64,000 nucleotides of DNA from Alphaproteobacteria bacterium (GTDB taxonomy: Bacteria; Pseudomonadota; Alphaproteobacteria; UBA828). The position numbers were made by a program, and so were the translations under genes. Shown piece after piece: positions 30,350-40,153 of the stretch (position 1 is the first letter of the stretch; every line of letters begins with the position of its first letter). Under the pieces are notes generated by a model, which saw only the letters and a program-made list of their open reading frames with translations, did not search any database and had not been told where the DNA came from. The stretch covers positions 96,655 to 160,654 of the forward strand of contig CAXXVO010000021.1 in the NCBI GenBank assembly GCA_963422645.2, in the 5' to 3' direction.

Positions 30350-31264
30350 ATGAACAGGCCTTCGCCGGAGGATTCTCCGCTCGCCGCAATGCGCGACGAG
30401 ATCGACGAGATCGACAACACGATCCACGATCTCCTGTTGCGCCGGATGGCGCTTGCCAATCGCATCAGCGAGACCAAGCGCGCTCGCGGTGCCACCGGCG
30501 CGCTGCTGCGGCCGGCGCGCGAGGCCGCAATCCTCAGGCGGCTCAAGGCGCGGCACGAGGGGCCCTTTCCCTTCCCCGTCGTCGTGCGGATCTGGTCCGA
30601 GATCATGTCGGCGACGCTCTTCGCCGAGGGCGGCTTCGCGGTCTCGGTGTTCACGGTCGACGAGCCCACTGAGGAAAACCGCTTTGCCGACCTGGCGCGG
30701 GTCCACTTTGGCGCCGAGACTCCCTTGCTCGCCGCCCAGACGGAAAGCGGCGTGCTGCGCGGCGTGCGCGACGGCAAGGCGTCGGTCGGCGTGCTACCCG
30801 TGCCTGCGGACGCGATGAGCGGCGGCGTCGCGGTGAGTGCCGAGCCCTGGTGGCTGACGCTGGCCGTCAGCGACGAGGAGCGGCCGATGATCGTCTCGCG
30901 CCTGCCCTGGCTTGCGGGCGGACGGCACGCCGCCGGCAGGACCAACGCGCTAGTGGTGGCCATGACCCCTCCGGCGCCGTCGGGCGATGACGTCTCGTAT
31001 CTCGCGGTGCAATCGTCGGACACGATCAGCCGCGACCGCATTCGCTCGGCGCTTGCCGTGGCCGGCATCGCGGTGACCGGCTCCGTGGCCTGGTACGGCG
31101 ATGGCGGCGCGCCCGGCCGCTGGCAGCTGATCGAGGTCGATGGCTTCGTCGCCGAGACCGACCAGCGGTTGCAGCGCTTCGCCGAGCAGCTGGACGACGA
31201 TGTCGGGCGGATCGCGGTGCTGGGCAGCTACCCGAGGCCGCCCGCGCCCGAGCGCGCCGGCTGA
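30350..31264 (+). CDS. Chorismate mutase (AroQ domain plus alphaproteobacterial C-terminal extension)
   Basis: LAAMRDEIDEIDNTIHDLLLRR, RPAREAAIL, IWSEIM; first gene of the hisC-tyrA operon. Confidence 0.88.
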   Translation: MNRPSPEDSPLAAMRDEIDEIDNTIHDLLLRRMALANRISETKRARGATGALLRPAREAAILRRLKARHEGPFPFPVVVRIWSEIMSATLFAEGGFAVSVFTVDEPTEENRFADLARVHFGAETPLLAAQTESGVLRGVRDGKASVGVLPVPADAMSGGVAVSAEPWWLTLAVSDEERPMIVSRLPWLAGGRHAAGRTNALVVAMTPPAPSGDDVSYLAVQSSDTISRDRIRSALAVAGIAVTGSVAWYGDGGAPGRWQLIEVDGFVAETDQRLQRFAEQLDDDVGRIAVLGSYPRPPAPERAG

Positions 31265-31282
31265 CGAGCGGGGGGTACTGCG

Positions 31283-32410
31283 ATGCCGGTCGAGCCCATT
31301 CCCCGCCCCGGGATCATGGAGATCTCGCCTTACGTGGGCGGGCGGTCGAGCGCGGCCGGTCACGCCAACACCATCAAGCTCTCCTCCAATGAATCGGCGC
31401 TGGGGCCGAGTCCCAGGGCGCAGACCGCCTACAGGGAGCTTGCCGGGACGCTCCACCGCTATCCCGATGGCGGTGCGACGGAGCTGCGCACTGCCTTGGG
31501 GGCGCTCCACGGCATCGACTCCGAGCGGATGGTCTGCGGCAACGGCTCGGACGAGCTGCTTCAGCTGCTTGCTCACGCCTACGCCGGCCCCGGCGACGAG
31601 GTGGTCTATTGCCGCCACGGATTCCTGGTCTATGCGCTGGCAACGCTCGCCGTCGGCGCCACGCCCGTCGTCGCGCCTGAGACCGACTACACCGCCGACG
31701 TGGACGCGATCCTGAGCCGGGTGACCGAGCGGACCCGGATCGTCTACCTCGCCAACCCCAACAACCCGACCGGAACCTACATTCCGAAGTGGGAACTCCG
31801 TCGGCTCTGGGGCGGACTGCCGGAGCATGTCGTGCTGGTGATCGACTCGGCATATGCGGAGTTCGTCACTTCCGCCGACTACGATTCCGGCCTGGAACTC
31901 GCCGGCATGGCGCCCAACGTGGTGATGACCCGCACCTTCTCGAAGGCCTACGGGCTCGCGGCGTTGCGGCTCGGCTGGGCCTACGCGGGGCCCGCCATCA
32001 TCGACGTGCTCCACCGCATTCGAGGCCCCTTCAACGCCAATGCTGCGGCGCTCGCTGCGGCGCTCGCTGCCCTCGAGGATCAGGATCACGTCGTTCGCAC
32101 CAGGCGGCACAACGAGCAATGCCTCGGTGCGCTTGCCGCGCGCCTCGGCGCAGCCGGGCTCCACGTCGTGCCCAGCGTCTGTAACTTCCTGCTGGTGCGC
32201 TTCGCGCACGAGCCCGGCCGGGACGCTGCGGCGGCCGATCGCTTCCTCACCGAACGCGGCATCGTCGCCCGGCGGATGGAGCCCTATCACCTCGCCGACT
32301 GCCTCCGGGTCACGATCGGCCTGGAGGCGGAGAACGAGGCCGTAGCGCAGGCGCTGGAGGCCTTCACGGCAGCGCCTGCGACGTCGTCGGAAACGGGCGG
32401 CGAGCGGTGA
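31283..32410 (+). CDS. hisC: Histidinol-phosphate aminotransferase
   Basis: KLSSNE, RYPD, GNGSDE, ANPNNPTG, DSAYAEF, RTFSKAYGLAALRLGW. Confidence 0.95.
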   Translation: MPVEPIPRPGIMEISPYVGGRSSAAGHANTIKLSSNESALGPSPRAQTAYRELAGTLHRYPDGGATELRTALGALHGIDSERMVCGNGSDELLQLLAHAYAGPGDEVVYCRHGFLVYALATLAVGATPVVAPETDYTADVDAILSRVTERTRIVYLANPNNPTGTYIPKWELRRLWGGLPEHVVLVIDSAYAEFVTSADYDSGLELAGMAPNVVMTRTFSKAYGLAALRLGWAYAGPAIIDVLHRIRGPFNANAAALAAALAALEDQDHVVRTRRHNEQCLGALAARLGAAGLHVVPSVCNFLLVRFAHEPGRDAAAADRFLTERGIVARRMEPYHLADCLRVTIGLEAENEAVAQALEAFTAAPATSSETGGER

Positions 32411-33288
32411 GCGAGTCCTTCTCCCGCGTCGCGCTGATCGGACTCGGCCTAGTCAACTCCTCGCTCGCGCGGGTCTTGCGGCAGAAGGCGCCTGCGACCG
32501 AGATCGTCGGCTGCGCCCGCAGCCAGGCGACCATCGACAAGGCAACGGAGCTTGGCTTCGTTGACCGGGTAACGCTCGACCCGGCCGAAGCGGTCGAGGG
32601 CTGCGACCTGGTGGTGCTGGGCACCCCGGTCGGCACGTTCGCGCCGCTCGGAGCAAGAATCGGGCCGCACCTCGCTGAGGGGGCAATTCTGACCGACGTC
32701 GGCTCGGTCAAGAGCGCCGTGTTTGCGGCGGTTGGGCCGCACGTGCCTGCGGGGGTCCACCTGATCCCCGGCCATCCAGTCGCCGGCACCGAGCACTCCG
32801 GGCCGGAGGCCGGTTTCGCCGAGATGTTCGACGGCCGCTGGTGCATCCTGACCCCGCCGCCGGACGCCGACCCCGAGGCGGTCGAGCGTGTCGCCGCGCT
32901 CTGGCGCATGGCCGGCATGAAGATCGAGATGATGGACGCTGCGCACCACGACATGGTGCTCGCCATCACCTCGCACCTGCCGCACCTGATCGCCTACAAC
33001 ATCGTGGGCACGGTCACCGATCTCGAGGAGGAGTCCAAGGAAGAGGTCTTCAAGTACGCGGCGGCCGGGTTCCGGGACTTCACCCGTATCGCCTCGTCGG
33101 ACCCGGTCATGTGGCGCGACATCTTCCTCTCCAACCGGGCGGCCGTGCTGGAGATGCTGGGCCGCTTTAGCGAGGACCTCACCGCCCTCCAGCGCGCCAT
33201 CCGACGCGGAGACGGCGACTATCTGGAGGCGCTCTTCACCCGCACCCGCGCGATCCGGCGTGGCGTGATCGAGGCCAAGCAGGTCTGA
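32407..33288 (+). CDS. tyrA: Prephenate/arogenate (cyclohexadienyl) dehydrogenase
   Basis: TDVGSVK, GHPVAGTEHSG, HDMVLAITSHLPH, GFRDFTRIASSDP. Confidence 0.93.
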   Translation: MSESFSRVALIGLGLVNSSLARVLRQKAPATEIVGCARSQATIDKATELGFVDRVTLDPAEAVEGCDLVVLGTPVGTFAPLGARIGPHLAEGAILTDVGSVKSAVFAAVGPHVPAGVHLIPGHPVAGTEHSGPEAGFAEMFDGRWCILTPPPDADPEAVERVAALWRMAGMKIEMMDAAHHDMVLAITSHLPHLIAYNIVGTVTDLEEESKEEVFKYAAAGFRDFTRIASSDPVMWRDIFLSNRAAVLEMLGRFSEDLTALQRAIRRGDGDYLEALFTRTRAIRRGVIEAKQV

Positions 33289-33303
33289 CCGGGCCGAGTC
33301 GGG

Positions 33304-34104
33304 CTAAGTGAGGCCGAGGACGTCCGCCATCGTGTAAAGCCCCGGGCCGCGTCCCTCCGCCCAGCGCGCCGCCTGCACGGCTCCGCGGGCGTAGGTCTGA
33401 CGGTTGGACGAGCGAACCGCGAGCTCCAGCCGCTCGCCGTCGGCCGCGAAGATCACGCTGTGCTCGCCGATGACGTCGCCGCCGCGCAGCGCTGCAAAGC
33501 CGATCTCGCCCCGTAGCCGCGCGCCGGTCACGCCATCCCTGCCGCGCGCTGCGACCTCATCGAGCGCGACCCCCCGCGCGCGTGCCGCTGCCCGGCCGAG
33601 ACCGAGCGCCGTGCCTGAGGGCGCGTCGATCTTGTGCCGGTGGTGCATCTCGACGATCTCGATGTCGTAGTCGTCGTCGAGCAGGCCGGCGACCTGCTCG
33701 ACGAGCCTGAACAGCAGGTTCACGGCGAGGCTCATGTTGGGCGCCTGCAGCACCGCAACCGTGGCCGCTGCTGCCTCCAGCGCGGCCTGCTCGTCGGCGC
33801 CGAGGCCCGTGGTGCCGATGATCAGCATCGTCCCCTCCGCCGCTGCGAGCTCGGCGTGGCGGGCGGCGGCCCCCGGCAGGGTGAAGTCGAGCACCGCGTC
33901 TGCCGCACGGAACATCGCCTGCTGATCGTCGCTCACCGCGACTCCCAGCGGCTCGATCCCGGCGAGCGCGCCGCAGTCCCGGCCGAGCGCGGGATGCTCC
34001 GGCACCTCGGTCGCGGCTGTCACGGTGCAGCCGTCCGTCGCCGTCACCTGACGGGTCAGCGCCTGGCCCATGCGGCCCGCAGCGCCCGGAATCCCGATCT
34101 TCAT
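33304..34104 (-). CDS. dapB: 4-hydroxy-tetrahydrodipicolinate reductase
   Basis: GAAGRMG, DFT, GTTG, EMHHRHKIDAPSGTA, RGGDVIGEH. Confidence 0.96.
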   Translation of the reverse strand: MKIGIPGAAGRMGQALTRQVTATDGCTVTAATEVPEHPALGRDCGALAGIEPLGVAVSDDQQAMFRAADAVLDFTLPGAAARHAELAAAEGTMLIIGTTGLGADEQAALEAAAATVAVLQAPNMSLAVNLLFRLVEQVAGLLDDDYDIEIVEMHHRHKIDAPSGTALGLGRAAARARGVALDEVAARGRDGVTGARLRGEIGFAALRGGDVIGEHSVIFAADGERLELAVRSSNRQTYARGAVQAARWAEGRGPGLYTMADVLGLT

Positions 34105-34339
34105 GGCCCCTCCAGAAGCTCGCTCCTCGGCTCCATCGTCGCGTCATAGTGGCGACGCCACAAGCGCCAGGCAAGCCGGCGGCGACGAGATGTGGAAGAT
34201 GAGAAGGGCCGGGCCGTCAGGCCCGGACGGCGCGACCGCGCCGCGCCGCGCGCGCAAGCGCGTAGCGTCGCGCGTTTACGCGCGCGGGCGCGCGATGCGA
34301 GCGGAGCGAGCGCCCGGCGCCTGAGGGAAATGATAAAGT

Positions 34340-35479
34340 CTAGTCCTTCAGGTCCTCCCAGAGCTCCTTCACCTTGGCGAAGAAGCCTTCGGATTCGGGG
34401 CTGGTCGGGCGGGTGCCGCCCTGCTCGTTGAATTGCTTGAGCAGATCCTTCTGGCGCTTGCTGAGGTTGACCGGCGTCTCGACCGCGACCTCGATATACA
34501 TGTCGCCATGGCCGGCGCCCCGCAGCGCCGGCATGCCCTTGCCGCGCAAGCGGAACTGGTGCCCCGACTGGGTGCCCGCAGGCACCGAGACCCGCGCGCG
34601 GCTGCCGCCGACGGTGGGCACCTCGACCGCACCGCCGAGCGCTGCCGTGGTCATCGGGATGGGCACGCGGCAGTGAACATGCATCGCGTCCCGTTGGAAG
34701 ATGGGGTGCGGCTGGACCGACAGGAAGATGTAGAGATCGCCCGGCGGGGCGCCGCGCGCGCCGGCCTCGCCTTCGCCGGCGAGGCGGATGCGAGTGCCGT
34801 CCTCGACACCCGTGGGGATGTTGACCGAGAGCGACTTCTCCTTCTGCACCCGGCCCGCGCCCCGGCAGGAGGGGCAGGGGTCTGCGATCACCTGGCCCGC
34901 ACCCTGGCAGGTGGGGCAGGTCCGCTCGATGGTGAAGAAGCCCTGCTGCGCCCGCACCTTGCCTGCGCCGTTGCAGGTTCCGCAGGCCGAGGGCCGGGTG
35001 CCGGCGCGGGCGCCGGAGCCGCCGCAGGGCTCGCAGTTCACGGTGCCGGGAACGCGGATCGTCGCCTGCTTGCCGTTGAAGGCGTCCTCCAGCCTGATCT
35101 CCATGTTGTAGCGGAGATCCGCCCCCCGGGCCGGCTGCCGCCGGCCGCCGCGGCGCTGGCCGCCGCCCATGAATTCGCCGAAGAGGTCGTCGAAGACATC
35201 GGCGAAGCTCGTGCCGAAGTCGAAGCCGGCCGCGCCGGGGCCGCCGCTCGCACCGTCGAACGCGGCGTGGCCGAAGCGGTCGTAGGCTGCGCGCTTCTCC
35301 TTGTCGGAGAGCACGTGGTAGGCCTCAGAAATCTCCTTGAACTTCTGCTCGGCGGCCTTGTCATCCGGATTGCGGTCCGGATGGTACTGCATCGCGAGCT
35401 TGCGATAGGACTTCTTGAGGTCGTCCTCGCTCACGTCGCGGGAGGCGCCGAGAAGGTCGTAATAGTCGGTCTTGGCCAT
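34340..35479 (-). CDS. dnaJ: Chaperone DnaJ
   Basis: HPD J-domain, G/F region, four CxxCxGxG repeats. Confidence 0.97.
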   Translation of the reverse strand: MAKTDYYDLLGASRDVSEDDLKKSYRKLAMQYHPDRNPDDKAAEQKFKEISEAYHVLSDKEKRAAYDRFGHAAFDGASGGPGAAGFDFGTSFADVFDDLFGEFMGGGQRRGGRRQPARGADLRYNMEIRLEDAFNGKQATIRVPGTVNCEPCGGSGARAGTRPSACGTCNGAGKVRAQQGFFTIERTCPTCQGAGQVIADPCPSCRGAGRVQKEKSLSVNIPTGVEDGTRIRLAGEGEAGARGAPPGDLYIFLSVQPHPIFQRDAMHVHCRVPIPMTTAALGGAVEVPTVGGSRARVSVPAGTQSGHQFRLRGKGMPALRGAGHGDMYIEVAVETPVNLSKRQKDLLKQFNEQGGTRPTSPESEGFFAKVKELWEDLKD

Positions 35480-35562
35480 GGCTCAGCGCCCCGCTCGAGC
35501 GTGGTCCACAGCCCGACGGCCGCCGACAGCCTCCGTGCTCACGGGAGCCGCCTTCCGTCGGT

Positions 35563-37515
<1,953 letters not shown>

Positions 37516-37644
37516 GTTTCGTCCCTATTGTCAGCAGGCCCGAACGACCACGTCATGCATCGCTCCTGGCCCCGTGTTCTTTGCCCCAGGTCTCGTGTCC
37601 ATGGGGCCTCCCTCGCGACGGACAACCGCCGCGCACAATGGTCA

Positions 37645-37672
37645 ATATGGGTGCGGATTTGCGCCCTGCAAG
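37645..37672 (-). promoter_or_regulatory. Putative RpoH (sigma-32) promoter of dnaK
   Basis: CTTG-N17-CCCATAT on the minus strand, about 130 bp upstream of dnaK. Confidence 0.65.
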
Positions 37673-37687
37673 CGCTCAAACCGGCGC

Positions 37688-38518
37688 TTATGCAGGCTCA
37701 CGAGGGCTCATCCGCTGGCGCATCCGCGCCCTCCGACCCCCGGTTTCCGCCTCAGCTTCGGCCTCGGCCCCGGTATCGGTGTCGTCGTCTGTCGCCGGCT
37801 GGGTGCCGCCCTTGGCCACGCCCACCATCGCTTCGCGCAGCAGGCGGTCGCCAATTCGGTAGCCTGTCTGAAACACCTGCACGACGGTGCCGTCCGGCTG
37901 GTCGGTCTCTGCGGTCTCGAAGAGCGCCTGGTGCAGGTTGTAGTCGAACTTCTCGCCCAAGGGGTCGAGCCTGGTGATGCCGTGGCGCCCCAGCGCCGTC
38001 TCGAACTCCCGCGCCGTCATCTCGATCCCGTCGGCGATGGCCTTCACCGCGTCGTCGCTCTCGCGCTTGTCCTCGGGGATGCTCTCCAGGGCGCGGCTCA
38101 GGTTGTCGGCGACACCCAGCAAGTCCTGGGCAAAGCGCGAAATCGCGTAGTTGCGCGCGTCCTCGACATCCTTCTTGGCCCTGCGCCGCGCGTTCTCGGC
38201 ATCGGCGAGGGCGCGCAGGAGTTTATTCTTGAGCGCGGCATCCCCGTCTTCCGACTCGTCCTCACCGGTCTCGGCAAATTCCTCCACCTCGGCCGCCTCC
38301 CGCTCGTCGGCGTCCTCTGCCTCGGTGGCGGCGGGGCCTTCCCGCTCGGTGTCGTCCGGTGCGGCGTCCCGGTTCTCGCCGCCCGCCCCGCTTTGCTCTG
38401 CGGCTTGGGCGGCTTCCGTTTCCGGCTCGGCCCCTTCGGTCTCGTTCTGCATGGTCTCTTTCGTTCCCTTTCGCGCCCACGGTCGCCGCCGCTCCGGCCG
38501 CGAGGTCTCCTCGCTCAC
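37688..38518 (-). CDS. grpE: Nucleotide exchange factor GrpE (alternative start 38452; last codons possibly frameshifted)
   Basis: LRALADAENARRR, LLGVADNL, FDYNLHQA, GYRIGDRLLREAMVGV. Confidence 0.95.
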   Translation of the reverse strand: MSEETSRPERRRPWARKGTKETMQNETEGAEPETEAAQAAEQSGAGGENRDAAPDDTEREGPAATEAEDADEREAAEVEEFAETGEDESEDGDAALKNKLLRALADAENARRRAKKDVEDARNYAISRFAQDLLGVADNLSRALESIPEDKRESDDAVKAIADGIEMTAREFETALGRHGITRLDPLGEKFDYNLHQALFETAETDQPDGTVVQVFQTGYRIGDRLLREAMVGVAKGGTQPATDDDTDTGAEAEAEAETGGRRARMRQRMSPREPA

Positions 38519-39552
38519 CCGAGCACCCGGCCAATAATTTCAGCGGTGTGATCGACCATCGGGATGATGCGGCCGTAGTTGATGCGGGTGGGGCCGATCA
38601 CGCCGATGGCGCCGATGAAGCGCGCCTCGGAATCGCGGTAAGGAGCCACGACCATGGAGCAGCCGGTGGAGGCGAAGAGCGTACTTTCCGCTCCGATGAA
38701 GATTTGAACCCCGTCCGCGCCTTCCGTGCTTTCCAGCAGCCGGATGAAGTCGTTTCGCTCTTCGAGCGCGTCGAACAGCTGTCGGATCCGCTCGAGGTCC
38801 GCGAGTGCCGTGACATCGTCGATCAGGTTGGCCCGGCCGCGCACGATGAGGCTGCCGTGCTCGCGCGCGCCGTTCGCCCATTCGGCGATCCCGGCTTCGA
38901 CCACGCGGGCAGTCAGGTCGTCGAGCTGGGCCCGGTGCTCCTCGATTTCGGTGCGGATCTCCTCGCCCAGCTCGGCGAGGGTGCGGCTGGCAAGCCGTGC
39001 GTTCAGGTAGTTGGTGGCACGGCTCAGGTGCGACTGGGTCATTCCCGTCGGCACGTCGATCACACGGTTCTCGACCAGCCCGGTCTCCGTCACCATGACC
39101 GCGAGCGCGCGTCCCTGGCTGAGGCTCACGAACTCCACCTGGCGGCAGGGCACGTCGGCCTTGGGCGCGAGCACCAGTCCGGCGCAGCCCGAGAGGCCGG
39201 AGAGCGCTTCGGTGGTCTCGGTCAGCATCTCCTCCACCGTGCGCCCTGCCGCCCGGCACTTGCCCTCGATGCTGGCGCGCTCGTCCTCGGTGAGGCGCCC
39301 CAGCTCCAGCAGCCCGTCCACGTAGATGCGCAGGCCCAGCTGGGTCGGCAGCCGCCCTGCCGAGACATGCGGCGCATAGAGCAGGCCGGCATCCTCCAGG
39401 TCGGCCATGACGTTGCGCACCGTGGCCGGAGAGACCGGGGTCGCAAGCCGGCGCGAGAGCGTGCGTGAGCCCACCGGCTGCCCGGTCTCCATGAATTCCT
39501 CGACCAGCCGGCGTAACACCTCCTGCGAGCGGTCGGTCAGTTCGCGCAGCAC
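38515..39552 (-). CDS. hrcA: Heat-inducible transcription repressor HrcA
   Basis: PVGSRTL, SPATVRNVMADLE, PHVSAGRLPT, IGVIGPTRINY; GTG start VLRELTDRS. Confidence 0.95.
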   Translation of the reverse strand: MLRELTDRSQEVLRRLVEEFMETGQPVGSRTLSRRLATPVSPATVRNVMADLEDAGLLYAPHVSAGRLPTQLGLRIYVDGLLELGRLTEDERASIEGKCRAAGRTVEEMLTETTEALSGLSGCAGLVLAPKADVPCRQVEFVSLSQGRALAVMVTETGLVENRVIDVPTGMTQSHLSRATNYLNARLASRTLAELGEEIRTEIEEHRAQLDDLTARVVEAGIAEWANGAREHGSLIVRGRANLIDDVTALADLERIRQLFDALEERNDFIRLLESTEGADGVQIFIGAESTLFASTGCSMVVAPYRDSEARFIGAIGVIGPTRINYGRIIPMVDHTAEIIGRVLG

Positions 39553-39583
39553 CCTGCAATCCCGTCCTGTGATGGGCGGCCTG

Positions 39584-39612
39584 AATGTAGTGAGCGCCCT
39601 GTGGAGCGTCAA
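39584..39612 (-). promoter_or_regulatory. Putative sigma-70 promoter of hrcA
   Basis: TTGACG-N17-TACATT on the minus strand. Confidence 0.5.
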
Positions 39613-39805
39613 CGTCGCGCCGGGCATCCTGTTCGCCGGCCTTTGGCGGCAGCCCGGAGAGCTGGCTGCAGCAGCAGATGCGGTACGATCTCTGGCATGC
39701 GCAGCAGGACCGGCTGGAGGTCCCCGTGCGAAAGTTCGTGGCGGCCTGAGGGTGACCCTACAGCCGACTCTCCAACCCGTCGCAAGCTCCAAAATGGCAA
39801 CTGCA

Positions 39806-39834
39806 TTGTTTTTGGTCGCCGGCGACACTATAAT
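39806..39834 (+). promoter_or_regulatory. Putative sigma-70 promoter of rne, implying a roughly 310-nt 5' leader
   Basis: TTGTTT-N17-TATAAT. Confidence 0.55.
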
Positions 39835-40153
39835 GCTAGTGCGAAACGACTGATGGACGAGCCACGCCGCACCGAGCGCATGTCGATGACGGTGGCGGCG
39901 GTTCCCCGGCAAGAACTCCGGTGGCAGCGGGCGCGTCCGGTGAGTCTACACCTCGAAACCATGGAACGAGTCCGATGCGGCAGCTGCCTACCATCGAGCC
40001 GATCGACCCCGCCGTGATGCGGTCCGTCGCGAGACGAGACCGCCGCGCGCCGGCCGGCGGCCCCTGTTCGGCGCGGCGCCGTATCGCGTTCCCGCGGATG
40101 CGCTTACGGGAGGCTGAGGCCCCCGCGCGCTCCCGGACGGAGAAAATACAACA

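Noticed and set aside
37516-39840. CIRCE operator near hrcA/dnaK
   Set aside because: No TTAGCACTC-N9-GAGTGCTAA match seen; an RpoH-type promoter is present instead
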